A stretch of DNA of 64,000 bases. Origin: a virus. Lineage: Duplodnaviria > Caudoviricetes. Below the pieces are notes generated by a model, which saw only the letters and a list, made by a program, of their open reading frames with translations, was not told the DNA's origin and did no database searches. Of the stretch, positions 28,501 to 38,121 are shown one piece after another. The translations under genes were made by a program, and so were the position numbers. How positions within the stretch are numbered: the first letter of the stretch is position 1; each line of letters starts with the position of its first letter. The stretch lies in the IMG/VR virus record IMGVR_UViG_3300049182_000044, positions 96,001 through 160,000 of that record, one strand, 5' to 3'.

Positions 28501-30591
28501 AAGCTCGGTACGGTTGTTAGCACGGATACGAAGACGATTGCAGGGCTGGTTCGTCCTACAGTTTTATCTTTGCAGCCAAACTCCTTACACAAGTTGTACG
28601 TCAATGGTGTGCAGACAAACTCTGCCACTGTCGATAACGGCGATACAGTTCAGTTAGAATTTACGGCTCCTACAACTTACGATACAGCTTCGGTCGCAGT
28701 TCTTTCCGATCCTTATGGTAGTCAGTCCGTTTCATTAAGGACAGAGCCTGACATTTATCCTGAGCAAGTATTCTTCATCGCACAGTTTGATGCTATGTTG
28801 CGTCAGACTTTGTTGTCTAATACGGTTTCAATCTCGGGTGTCACACCAGGTGCAACGATCACGTTGAAGCCAAGTGATGCACGCTGGTCATTGGTAGTCA
28901 ACGGTGTTCTTAGAACTGCAGGTCAATCTGCATCGGTACTAAACGGTGACACAATTGCTTTGACTGGCCCTGCATTCGGTCAGTATGGGACGACGCAAGA
29001 GTACAAGCTGCTGCAAGCGTTTCCTGCGGCTGTTCCTGCAGAGCCTGATGCAGTACTCGGCACATTCGTCGTTACCAATAAAGAGCTTGATGGGCCTGTG
29101 CCGGCAGCTAGTAAGTTCTCTCGTTCCTTCGCTCCTGTATGGATCGAGAATCCTAGGACATTCGGTACTCAGGTTGATTTGCCTGAGGCAGTGCTTGGTG
29201 GGAACACCTGGTACGTTGCCGATAACGAGATCGCCACCAGCCTAGCAGCGTCTGTGTACCATCATGAGGTTGTGTCTGAGCCAGCTGTATTCGAGCGCAA
29301 TTCAAACTCCATTACCGTTGCAGACGTTGATAGGGTATTCGAGTCTATCGGTGCAGGGAATCTGCATGAAGTTGAGATCGAGTACATAAGCCAGCACAGG
29401 AAGTCAGTAAAGACAGTAGAGGCGGAGTACGCGCACCTGCCTGCAAACACGCTACGTACTGTCGAGTCGTCCTATACTAACATCCCTGCAAACACGCTAC
29501 GCACAGTCGAGACCGACTATGTGAAGCGTAGTGTTCGGACGTACCATTTGGGCGATGCGGTTCATGAAGAGCTAGAACTTGAGCCGATGCAGTTCAATCA
29601 TGCACCGTGGCACGCTTCACCAGAGTCTGAGTACGAGCAGCGTAAAGTGCCTCGAGGTAGGGTCGTTGAAGCAGAGTACGAGCTTCGAGCTCGTCGTCTA
29701 CAATCGGAAGTCGAGGCAGAGTACGAAGTTCGGACTAACGAGTCACGGCGTTTCGTAGAAGCTGACTACGTAAAGCATGCTTCCGATGGCTTGAAGATCA
29801 GCCCTCTGACTGAGCATGTCAAGAGCGTTAAAGCTCTCTACGAGGTAGAAGTCGAGTACATCAAGGTAGAGCGTAAGTCCTTGAAGTTGGCAGATCCTAT
29901 CCCGGTAGTGCGTAGGCTGTATAGCTTGAATCTTGGCCCTGAGATAGAATGGCAGAAAGATACTCGACTGTTCATTCACCCAGGTGACGTTGTCCGCATC
30001 CCACCAGCGGCGGTTATCACTCGTGAGCCTCGTGTTACCGAGCCGATGCCGTTTGCTATTCGAGTACGTCACCTCGGTGCTTCGGCAGGTGTGGAGTACG
30101 TTCGTCAAGTTCGCCATGTATCACCGACAGCTGAAGTAGAGTATGTCCGACAAGTGCGTCATGTGTCACCTGGTGCAGAAACGTTCTTTGACAAGCAAGT
30201 GAACCATGTATCACCGACGTTCGAGCCAATCTTGGGCGTTAAGCTGGTGCGTAGGCGTTCTGTTGAAGCACGTCCTGAACTGATCCTGCATAGTGCCATT
30301 CGTAAGAAACTGGTCACCATCGGTCGAGAGGAACTTCTCATAAGTCCTTACAAGGTGTATCCGTATAGCTTGGAAGACACTGCTACGATGCAGGGAGCTT
30401 ATGCAACGGCGAACGAGGCGATTGCAGCTGGGATCGAAGCGGGATGGCCATTTGCGTACGCGGTTCCGGTACAAGGTGGGGTGTATATCTGGGCAACGCA
30501 ACCGCCTAAGCCGACAGCTAGCTGCGGTGTTGATCCAAATGGGCCTGGGTTGTATCCGCGTCCTGAGAAATGGTATGTTCATGGAGGTTGA
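25600..30591 (+). CDS. giant virion protein: Ig-like repeats, two YVTN/NHL beta-propellers, VExEY repeat tail
   Basis: P.G.A...DG..WV blades (GARPYGLA, GEKPLGIA, GKYPYGLT); repeated TVSNGD..L..TAP..Y units; likely start ATG 25600. Confidence 0.85.
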   Translation: MRSLFNKVQNAQLGVGVTSEEVTLSGLSGAVSLTINQPGVILYRNGGETSTPTTVSNGDRIRLAVTAPATYATTKFVTVNIGGEPALFSVTTIQDPAKYNFAGFSDLTPLELTKYQSGQDYIPNPVDNVFSIYGTDGNFIKSVPAKAPATNGTTANDFVIIADYYSDKLLKIDAVTHEVVRAITVGARPYGLAHTPTSDTNAESLTWVSVSEEDKVLVLDKNHNVVATHRTGEKPLGIAVTIDGRDLFVANNAAGTVTHFTLNGDVWSSVTVNVGAKPFEVATDLRGNAWVTCTGTDKVYRITRNNVVTPFIVGGGPRGVLIDGAGMVWVACSQDNTLVKLNPGTGVKTSITTRQVPVSLTMGKDGTIYVANFGDSTVQKVVNGAITATTEVGKYPYGLTVDGTGKLWVASLYSNTPAYLYDFDQTPLGFAIQDQLSVRPNTLVTTNTITVTEINTPTPVAVPDLYGATIIKNGADAGSTTTVVSGDTLAFKFTTPNVYDTQIDMPIFVGTRYESFTASIPVEDRVPNPFLLIEKNNAEPDTWYTSNEITVTGIDSTATIPVVTSFGTLVIDRIDTGATSASARLGTKVAIRAKSSITDKQTLFIDLDIGTVRGTWRLTTNIIDTSRYIKPEFKNNRQYHPGLGHNTPQVGPVRRLTRIKPDDFTSQTAELINNVNFVPGAYDIYVANPSSGEVFQFNKVTGLTKTALKPDPSIAQNNVMPFKTIGNRFVLCGANKSVYDILTGKFTPFVGPGVIKMPEDGTMIGQALYVTTSNGEVHTVVAGVGGEYFVLSSISVGGPGTAHAICADQTGALWVSDIVNDRIYKIFQDEVVATIENAGADIWSMKASATHLWTANSYDNTVSKINLSTLEVEKKIRVASVPNNIEIDQYGKIWVSHYYSKNIIVLDPNTDQKVQDIALNYAAAMEMHLLEGEVWVSELYSTIDDFYKKTSGLNGVGQLGFAQLNNVKLGTVVSTDTKTIAGLVRPTVLSLQPNSLHKLYVNGVQTNSATVDNGDTVQLEFTAPTTYDTASVAVLSDPYGSQSVSLRTEPDIYPEQVFFIAQFDAMLRQTLLSNTVSISGVTPGATITLKPSDARWSLVVNGVLRTAGQSASVLNGDTIALTGPAFGQYGTTQEYKLLQAFPAAVPAEPDAVLGTFVVTNKELDGPVPAASKFSRSFAPVWIENPRTFGTQVDLPEAVLGGNTWYVADNEIATSLAASVYHHEVVSEPAVFERNSNSITVADVDRVFESIGAGNLHEVEIEYISQHRKSVKTVEAEYAHLPANTLRTVESSYTNIPANTLRTVETDYVKRSVRTYHLGDAVHEELELEPMQFNHAPWHASPESEYEQRKVPRGRVVEAEYELRARRLQSEVEAEYEVRTNESRRFVEADYVKHASDGLKISPLTEHVKSVKALYEVEVEYIKVERKSLKLADPIPVVRRLYSLNLGPEIEWQKDTRLFIHPGDVVRIPPAAVITREPRVTEPMPFAIRVRHLGASAGVEYVRQVRHVSPTAEVEYVRQVRHVSPGAETFFDKQVNHVSPTFEPILGVKLVRRRSVEARPELILHSAIRKKLVTIGREELLISPYKVYPYSLEDTATMQGAYATANEAIAAGIEAGWPFAYAVPVQGGVYIWATQPPKPTASCGVDPNGPGLYPRPEKWYVHGG
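29371..30225 (+). repeat. low-complexity VE(A/I/V)EY protein repeat region
   Basis: VEIEY, VEAEY (three times), VESSY, VETDY, VEADY, VEVEY (twice) at roughly 15-aa spacing; three RHVSP/NHVSP units. Confidence 0.75.
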
Positions 30592-30593
30592 TT

Positions 30594-31352
30594 ATGTCAG
30601 TTCACTCTAGGAAGATTGTCGCCCCTCGGTGGCGGCATTTCTTCCCGTACGCTCCGGAGATCGAAAGGGCGATCCCGTTCTATCGTGCGACCAGTGGCCC
30701 AGGCGGAACCACTGTGACAGAGAACTTTCGGCACGAGTATGTGTCTGACGGCTCTGATACAGTTCAACTACCTGCGCCTATCTATGCTGCTGATATTCAG
30801 TCGATCCTTATCTCGTACAATGGGAATCCTCAGAACAATCCCTGGGATACGGTTCGATACGAGTGGCAAGGCTCAGGATCGTTCCGGGAATTGGTTCCTG
30901 TATCTGGGTGGGTGCGTTTCGAGTATAACAGTACTGAGCGGTCTATTTGGTTCCGTTCGCTGATGAACGCCACCTACAATGTGGCTCCACCACCCGTGGG
31001 AACAAACGTCTTGATCGAGATCGAAAATGATCTGTCTGAGAATGCGTATGTTCCAATCTCAATGAAGCCGTATCTGATTCAAGGTGCGAATCCATTGGAA
31101 CCCTCGATCATTACTAATCCAGCGGCGAACTCTGTTGTCCCGCAGTTCCAGGGTGGGTATCGCTGTCACATCCGGTTGTTGACTCGTGCTCGTCATGGGC
31201 ATGTACGTATTGCAGACAACAAGTTAGGCTTTGAGTACCGTCCAGACATGGGCTACTACGGTGACGATTCGTTCTCGTACTGCCTAGTAAACTCGCTAGG
31301 GCAGCGTTCTGATGCGGCTTGTGTTCGACTCCGAGTCGGCACTGGTGTATGA
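30594..31352 (+). CDS. protein with a C-terminal Ig/cadherin-like (Big_9-like) domain
   Basis: HGHVRI...FEYRPDMGYYGDDSFSY; ATG 30594 after TGGAGG. Confidence 0.75.
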   Translation: MSVHSRKIVAPRWRHFFPYAPEIERAIPFYRATSGPGGTTVTENFRHEYVSDGSDTVQLPAPIYAADIQSILISYNGNPQNNPWDTVRYEWQGSGSFRELVPVSGWVRFEYNSTERSIWFRSLMNATYNVAPPPVGTNVLIEIENDLSENAYVPISMKPYLIQGANPLEPSIITNPAANSVVPQFQGGYRCHIRLLTRARHGHVRIADNKLGFEYRPDMGYYGDDSFSYCLVNSLGQRSDAACVRLRVGTGV

Positions 31353-31416
31353 TCGTTGTCCCTATTTATCGTAATTTAACAGAGCAACATAGACCGCATA
31401 GCTTGAGGAAATCATT

Positions 31417-32901
31417 ATGCTTATTGATGGAATTCAACTACCCCGTACCTCCGTTGTTAGCGGTATGGCGCTGGAACGTCTTACGACCTTTCCAGATAAT
31501 CCTGTTAAAGGTCAGTCATTCTTTCTGACCGAAACAGTCGGCGACTTCGACCCGGGCCAGTACACCTTCGGTGGTGTGGAATGGTCTGCAGGCTCTGGAG
31601 GCAATCCTTATTCCGACGCGAAAGAATCAGTACGCGTCGCAACAACTGAAAACATCACCCTTAATGGTCTCAAAACCATTGACGGTATCACCGTTGCCGA
31701 TAAAGATCGTGTACTGGTCAAGAACCAAACCGATCCTAAGCAGAACGGCATTTGGCAGGTAGTAGCATCTGGCAACTGGGTACGTGCGAAAGACGCATCC
31801 AATGCCAAAGGCTTGAACAGTGGTATGTACACCTTCGTAACTGAAGGTCAAGCAAACCAAGGTACAGGCTGGGTGTTGAATACTCCTGATCCGATCGTCC
31901 TCGATACCACTGGCCTGGCATTTCAGCAGTTTTCGGGTACAGGTAACATTTCGGCAGGTGCAGGTCTCCAGCGTGTAGGTAACTCCTTCTCGCTGTTGAG
32001 CATCATCGGCCTTACGCCGGGTACGTATCGTTCGGTCACGATTGACCAGTACGGACGTGTTACTGGCGGTACGAACCCTAGCACCCTCGCTGGTTATGGT
32101 ATCACGGATGGTCAGCAGATCATCACTGGTGCTGCAACGTCGATCACTACGAACAACCTGACTGCAAATCGCGTCATGGTTAGTGACGCTTCGGGTAAGG
32201 TCAGCCAAAGCACGATCACGACCAGTGAGCTGGCTACGATCAAGTCCAACAGTGATAATATGCAGGCTCTGCTTAACGGCAAGCAAGCAACGATTACTGG
32301 TGCTGCATCGACCGTTGTCTCTACAAACCTGAACCCTGACGTTCTGGTTGGTACTGACGCTAACGGCAAGATGATTAGCACGACTGCGCTGCTGTCTGAA
32401 GTCAACCAGCTGTCCGGTGTAACGAGTAACGTGCAGACTCAGATCAACACGAAGCTCAACAAGGCGGGGGATACGCTGACTGGACATCTGATCCAAGCGG
32501 CAGCGCCGACCGTGCAGGAACACCTGGTCAACAAGCAATACGTCGATCAGCAAGTGTCTTCGCTGGCTTCGCAACCGCGTTCGATCTTCGTGACCGTGCC
32601 TGGTGAGATCGTCCCGTTTGAAGGTACCCTGCGTTGGTATCCCCCGTTCCCGATCAGCGTATCGGCGTGCCGCATCTTCCAAGGTGTTGCGCCGACCATT
32701 ACGGATACAGTTGTTGACGTTCGCGTGAACGCTACGACTTCGGTGTTCACTGGTGCGAAGCCGACTATCACTACGAACAACCACGAAAGCACTCTCGTCA
32801 GCAGCAATGCACCGATGGGCGTGGATGACTTCCTGGTGATCGACGTAGATCAGGGTTCGGGTGAAGATCTTTCGATTCGTATTGACTACACCACTGAATA
32901 A
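31417..32901 (+). CDS. tail fibre protein
   Basis: SVRVATT..ITL.GL.TIDG...DRVLVKNQT...QNGIW module; KAGDTLTG and NKQYVD. Confidence 0.85.
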   Translation: MLIDGIQLPRTSVVSGMALERLTTFPDNPVKGQSFFLTETVGDFDPGQYTFGGVEWSAGSGGNPYSDAKESVRVATTENITLNGLKTIDGITVADKDRVLVKNQTDPKQNGIWQVVASGNWVRAKDASNAKGLNSGMYTFVTEGQANQGTGWVLNTPDPIVLDTTGLAFQQFSGTGNISAGAGLQRVGNSFSLLSIIGLTPGTYRSVTIDQYGRVTGGTNPSTLAGYGITDGQQIITGAATSITTNNLTANRVMVSDASGKVSQSTITTSELATIKSNSDNMQALLNGKQATITGAASTVVSTNLNPDVLVGTDANGKMISTTALLSEVNQLSGVTSNVQTQINTKLNKAGDTLTGHLIQAAAPTVQEHLVNKQYVDQQVSSLASQPRSIFVTVPGEIVPFEGTLRWYPPFPISVSACRIFQGVAPTITDTVVDVRVNATTSVFTGAKPTITTNNHESTLVSSNAPMGVDDFLVIDVDQGSGEDLSIRIDYTTE

Positions 32902-32911
32902 GGGGTAGATA

Positions 32912-33943
32912 ATGGCAGCTCGTTTAGACGAAATGGGGTTGAATAGCTGGAGTCTCGCATACCAGCCTTCAACCCCGGCTGCTGAGATTATGAGCAAGGT
33001 TCACGACGCCGTTACGGCGAAGGGTTGGGCCTTGTTTGACAGCCTCAGTAGCGCCTCAAAGGTGTACCGTTCGCTGATGCTCGATGGTGTGGCGTATAAG
33101 TTTGTTCACATCATGGTGACCAATACCCATATCAAGACCTTGGTGTATGAGAACTGGAACATCGTGAGTCACGCTGGATTCAATCTGGCATATCAAAGTG
33201 ACGCAGACATCTACTCCCAACGTATTGACCAAAGTTCCGGCGGCTACATCTTCATCTTCGTGCACCCACAATGGCTGATTCTGTTTGGCCGTACTGTCGA
33301 TCCTACTGGTAAGTTTATTTACGGATCTTCGACAGGTAGTGCTTGGAGCGGTTGCTTGGAAATCACTCGCAGCAATGCTGGTGAAACTCCTGGTGAGTAT
33401 CCTCGCTTCGCCTGGATGAATGGTTACTTGTTCTCTGGCTATGGTCAGTCTGCAGGTGCCCCTGATGTTACAGCGGAAGCAACTGCTGTGTACTATCACT
33501 ATGCCTTGCCTCGCACTCGTGCCGGCACTACAGGTGAAGCAGCGTCCAAGTACATGCTCGTGTCCAATGTGACTGTGCCGTTTGCAAATCGCGCAGCACG
33601 GAACCTTCTTGGATCGTGCACAGGCTATGAAGGCGTTGAGAAGTTCTTGAATCAAACTGAGAACGCTCTGGGCAGCGGTGCATTCCCGAACGGTGTAAGC
33701 CCGTTCACTCCTGCTGATGCAAAGCCACTGGTGATTACAGCTTACGCTTACGACTTGAAGAGCGGTGTGCGCGGTGCATTCTGTGGGTTGAAGCTCACTT
33801 CGTCAACGAACGGTATCATGATGGATATCGTTGACATCGAATGCGCAGGAGACTACTCGCCGTCAGTGTTCGGAGCAAACGTCCCACATGCGTTGCTAGG
33901 TATCACCGAAGCAACTCTTGATCGTGTGGCTATTCCACTTTAA
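32912..33943 (+). CDS. array paralog 1 (virion fibre family)
   Basis: GW.LFD, YKF, VYE.WN, CLEITR, PRFAW, RG.F.GLKL and AIPL shared with four downstream genes. Confidence 0.8.
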   Translation: MAARLDEMGLNSWSLAYQPSTPAAEIMSKVHDAVTAKGWALFDSLSSASKVYRSLMLDGVAYKFVHIMVTNTHIKTLVYENWNIVSHAGFNLAYQSDADIYSQRIDQSSGGYIFIFVHPQWLILFGRTVDPTGKFIYGSSTGSAWSGCLEITRSNAGETPGEYPRFAWMNGYLFSGYGQSAGAPDVTAEATAVYYHYALPRTRAGTTGEAASKYMLVSNVTVPFANRAARNLLGSCTGYEGVEKFLNQTENALGSGAFPNGVSPFTPADAKPLVITAYAYDLKSGVRGAFCGLKLTSSTNGIMMDIVDIECAGDYSPSVFGANVPHALLGITEATLDRVAIPL

Positions 33944-33957
33944 CTCGGATAAAGATT

Positions 33958-36951
33958 ATGACCGTAGCATTGAAAGTATTAGGTCGACACTCCTATGAGT
34001 TAGGAATCACGGCCAGCGACGGTGCCAATAACGTGCAGAAGGCAATTGCTGCTGCCGTGACAGGCATTTTCGACCCAGGTCCCTACACGTCTGTTGATGG
34101 GCAAGAGGTTTCGCAGTTCGATGGCGGCACTCTGGACAATTCCGCAGCATTAGTAGTGTCCGCTCTTGCAGGCACTGGCGCTATTGCTCTTGACCCGTCG
34201 CTTGAAGAGAAGGCTTTCCACTTCATCAATTCCAACGTCTCAGTTTCATTTGAGATGGTTGCCGGCGACATGACGCTTGAGTTTGAATACCTCCGGACGT
34301 CCACAGAGGATTGGCCCATCGGTCGGACTGCTGAGGTAAATCCAACTACAGCACAACCGTACATTCAACTGAACCTGGATGGAACAGCGACTCTGTCACT
34401 CGGCTCCGGCAGTTACACCGTAGGCTTCGGCAATCCTAGCATCGACGTGATGCACAAGTACGCTGTCGTTCTGCGCTCGAATGTGCTGACTGCTTACGTG
34501 GATGGAGTGGCTGACACTAGCATTGTTGTAGAACCCTCCACGGTCGGCTGGACTGGTTGGTCTGCCGGCATTAGCTCTTCCAATAATAACCGCACAATAC
34601 AGTCGAGCTCAAACCAGTGGGAACGAGCCGCAGCACTAGGCAAGGCCTCTGGTAAATGGTACTGGGAAGTCTATCTCGACGTAGGTAGCTCCTTGCTGCT
34701 GGGTATTGCAAACACTAGCTTTTCGACTTCCAGCCGTACCAACATGGGTGACGCTTACTCAATTGGCCTGTACCTAGGTAATAACGGGTGGTATCAAAGT
34801 GTATCAGGCATCTCTTTAGTCAACCCAGCTAGCGGCTACCCAAACAGTGCAGGCAATAGGTATATGTTTGCCCTGGACATGGACAATCGCTGCCTGTATG
34901 TGGGTCTGAATGGATCTTGGTTCAATGGCGGTAATCCTGCTTCTGGGGCTGCAAAGACTGGAGCATTGGTGACGAACATCCCTGCTGGAACCTGGGGACC
35001 CGCTATGTCGATGGTAAATGCAACTGTCACACTGCGTACAGCCAGCACCCAGCAATCCAATACGGCACCTTCTGGGTATCAGACGCTCGCTTCTGCGCCT
35101 ATGAATGCGGTTAGCACTTCGGGATCTTTACCTAACAGTACACTGGCACTTCAGCTAGGACGCATTTTACAAGCGCCCGCCAGCTCGAGCTTTCAGCCGA
35201 GTGCTTCTGATCCGACGTTCATCTTCTCCAACAACAACCGCACGTTCTACTCAAACAGTGGCTGGGCCAATGCTAGAGCTGCGCAAGGTAAGTCAAGCGG
35301 CAAATGGTACTGGGAGTTGCAGATTACGCAAGGTAGCAATCTCATGCTAGGCCTCGCGCTAAGCGGTATGGCTACTACTGGCAACTTCGGCTCTGCTTCT
35401 AATACAATCGGCCTGTACCTCAACGGTAATAACTGGTTCAATAACATCGGGGCAACTGTAACCCAACCGAGCGGTGCGTACCCCGCGACAGTTGGTGACG
35501 TGTATATGTTCGCCTTGGACATGGACAATCGTCGCCTGTACGTAGGTCGAAACGGTACCTGGTACAATGGTGGTAATCCTGCAACGGGTGCAACACCACT
35601 TGTGACAAACATTCCTTTCAACACCTGGTACCCAGCTATTAGCGTAGCACCAGGCGGTGTGACCTTCAGATCCACAAGTAATGAGTGTGCGTACAGCGTT
35701 CCATCTGGCTACACCGCATTTGCAGGTAATTCGACTGAAAAGTTCAGTGCTGGCTATATGCGTAATTTGCGCCTCACCAGCAAGGCTCGCTATTCTGCGA
35801 ACTACACACCAGCGTCTACGTTAGCGTATGCCAGCGCTGATGCAGATTGGGCGCAGGTCAAGCTGTATGCTGCCATGAATGACAGCGTAGGTGCAACGAC
35901 CTTCACTGCGTATAAATCAACGTCAACGCTCGCCGATGTCTATAATTTAGATGCAGGGACATTCGGTACAGAGCAGCGTACTTGGGAATTGTTTGATGCA
36001 GCTGCTGGGACTAATGCAGTCTGCTATCGCTCGAAAACCAAGGACAACACTTACAAGTATGTGGTGGTTGATCTGAACACCGCAGGTGTAGTACTAACCA
36101 AGGTGTACGAAAGCTGGGACGCGACGACGCACACTGGGACGAATCTCGCTGCAAGTAGCGATACGGCTAGCTATGCTCAGAAGGCCACTTCGGGTCAGAC
36201 CTTGCATGTGTTCGCAACCGACCGTTGGCTTGCACTCCACGGTCTAACCGCAACTGATGTAGGTTCGGCCTTGACTGGTTGCTTCGAGATCAGTCGCGAT
36301 GACGAAGCGGAACCGATTGGTGTTTACCCACGCTTTGCTTGGCTCAGTCAATATGGCCTGTATGGCTACGACATGCCTACTCAGGAATGGGGAACGCTGA
36401 AAGGTCAGACATACAACTGCTTCTCGTTACCTCGTACCATCAAAGGTGACACTGGGCAGAACGCACGTAAGTATCAGATGACTGGCTCGATTGCGAACCA
36501 CATCACTGCGACGAACACTCGCATGAACTATACGTGTACCTACGGCGGCGGCGGTTCGTACCAGCAGTGCGGATACGTATGGCATCCATGGTATGGAAAT
36601 CAGTACCAGTGTACCACGTACCAGAATGCGTACACACCGAGTGTTAGCATGCCTGCGTGGAAGCGTCTGCTTGAGGAAATGTTGCCAACAGGCACGAACC
36701 CTTGGGCAACCGGCACAGATAAGAACTACGTGTTCTCGCCGTATGCAGTAGACACCAATCCTAGCTCGTTCCACATTCGTGGCCGTTTCTACGGATTGAA
36801 GTTGCTTGCAAATAATGTCGGTGCCAGCGGCGATACCATCAACATCAAAATGGATCAAGATGGCTTGTACTCGCAAACTGGCAATGCACGTACGCACTTC
36901 GTGTCGAAGCTCGGTACAGGTGGCTGTGTCGCAATTCCATTAAGCTTATAG
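33958..36951 (+). CDS. array paralog 2 carrying an about 635-aa LamG/2xSPRY insertion
   Basis: Two GKWYWE...ALDMDNR SPRY units; GYMRNLRLTSKARY LamG end; core resumes at RTWELFDAAAG. Confidence 0.85.
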   Translation: MTVALKVLGRHSYELGITASDGANNVQKAIAAAVTGIFDPGPYTSVDGQEVSQFDGGTLDNSAALVVSALAGTGAIALDPSLEEKAFHFINSNVSVSFEMVAGDMTLEFEYLRTSTEDWPIGRTAEVNPTTAQPYIQLNLDGTATLSLGSGSYTVGFGNPSIDVMHKYAVVLRSNVLTAYVDGVADTSIVVEPSTVGWTGWSAGISSSNNNRTIQSSSNQWERAAALGKASGKWYWEVYLDVGSSLLLGIANTSFSTSSRTNMGDAYSIGLYLGNNGWYQSVSGISLVNPASGYPNSAGNRYMFALDMDNRCLYVGLNGSWFNGGNPASGAAKTGALVTNIPAGTWGPAMSMVNATVTLRTASTQQSNTAPSGYQTLASAPMNAVSTSGSLPNSTLALQLGRILQAPASSSFQPSASDPTFIFSNNNRTFYSNSGWANARAAQGKSSGKWYWELQITQGSNLMLGLALSGMATTGNFGSASNTIGLYLNGNNWFNNIGATVTQPSGAYPATVGDVYMFALDMDNRRLYVGRNGTWYNGGNPATGATPLVTNIPFNTWYPAISVAPGGVTFRSTSNECAYSVPSGYTAFAGNSTEKFSAGYMRNLRLTSKARYSANYTPASTLAYASADADWAQVKLYAAMNDSVGATTFTAYKSTSTLADVYNLDAGTFGTEQRTWELFDAAAGTNAVCYRSKTKDNTYKYVVVDLNTAGVVLTKVYESWDATTHTGTNLAASSDTASYAQKATSGQTLHVFATDRWLALHGLTATDVGSALTGCFEISRDDEAEPIGVYPRFAWLSQYGLYGYDMPTQEWGTLKGQTYNCFSLPRTIKGDTGQNARKYQMTGSIANHITATNTRMNYTCTYGGGGSYQQCGYVWHPWYGNQYQCTTYQNAYTPSVSMPAWKRLLEEMLPTGTNPWATGTDKNYVFSPYAVDTNPSSFHIRGRFYGLKLLANNVGASGDTINIKMDQDGLYSQTGNARTHFVSKLGTGGCVAIPLSL

Positions 36952-36960
36952 GAGATTTAA

Positions 36961-37170
36961 GTGGTCACACTCGAAAACCTTAAGGAGGTATTTGGCAACA
37001 GCAAGTACTACTTCCAAATCGACGTACCGAAAGGGGAACACCCGATCGAGTACGTCACGGCGAAAGCCAAAACTTCTGTGTTTGTTTCCGTCATTGGCGG
37101 TTCGGTGTTCGCGGCTTCCGACGAGCACAACGCATTTGACACCTCTATTATCCTTCAGGAGATTCAATAA
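36961..37170 (+). CDS. small hypothetical protein
   Basis: GTG with TAGGAG; TAATG overlap with the next gene. Confidence 0.65.
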   Translation: MVTLENLKEVFGNSKYYFQIDVPKGEHPIEYVTAKAKTSVFVSVIGGSVFAASDEHNAFDTSIILQEIQ

Positions 37171-38102
37171 TGGCAACTGCAACTACTTCCATCGGCGCTA
37201 ATTCCGTAGCTATCAACTACTCGGTCGGTGCAACTATCGCGGAGCTTCTGGATGCGATCCAGGCATTCATCACCACCAAGGGCTGGGATCTGTTCGATGC
37301 AGCTGCTGGCCCGAATGCTCGTTGCTACCGCGCACTGAACGCTGATGGCACCAGCTATAAGTACATGGTCATCGACGGCAACACCGCTAACCAACTATTC
37401 ACCAAAGTGTACGAATCGTGGAACGCAACGACCCACGTGGGTACGAACCTGGCGTTTAACAGTGACGTAGCTCAGTACTCTCAGCGTGTCTCGCTCGCTA
37501 CTTCTGGTTACATCTACGTGTTCGCCAATGTCCGCTGGTGTGCTCTGCTGTCCAAGATCAGCGACGGTTCCATCGGCTCCTCCACGGGTAGCTCGTTCTG
37601 CGGTTGCTTCGAGATCAGCAAGGACAATGCAGATGAAGTCGCAGGCCAGAACCCGATCTATGCATGGGCAAATGGCTACGGCATCACCGGTGGTATGTCG
37701 GATGGTACGTACCCACGCTGCTTCTCTCTGCCGAAGACCAAGTCTGCCGCGACTGGTGACAGCGCTTCCCGCACGATGACTGTTGTTACACTCGCCGGCC
37801 GCACCATCATCAGCACGTCCCCGCTGAAGTTGACTGACCAGCTGCCAAACATTACCAACCCCTGGAGTGCTACGAACAACAACTTCGTGTTCACGATGTT
37901 CGCAGTTGAATCCAAGGAATCGCAGTTCAACGTTCGCGGTCGCTTCTACGGTCTGAAGCTTCTGTCTAACAACCTCGGCACGCCGTTCGACCTTATCACG
38001 GTCAAGACGGATGCAGATGGCTTCTACGCGCCGACTGGCTCGGATCAGGATCACCACATCCTGACCAATACATACCAGAACCGTTTCGCGCTGCCGGTCT
38101 AA
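37170..38102 (+). CDS. array paralog 3
   Basis: GWDLFDAAAG...VRGRFYGLKLL...RFALPV. Confidence 0.85.
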   Translation: MATATTSIGANSVAINYSVGATIAELLDAIQAFITTKGWDLFDAAAGPNARCYRALNADGTSYKYMVIDGNTANQLFTKVYESWNATTHVGTNLAFNSDVAQYSQRVSLATSGYIYVFANVRWCALLSKISDGSIGSSTGSSFCGCFEISKDNADEVAGQNPIYAWANGYGITGGMSDGTYPRCFSLPKTKSAATGDSASRTMTVVTLAGRTIISTSPLKLTDQLPNITNPWSATNNNFVFTMFAVESKESQFNVRGRFYGLKLLSNNLGTPFDLITVKTDADGFYAPTGSDQDHHILTNTYQNRFALPV

Positions 38103-38121
38103 CATCGGAGGTAAATTCAGC

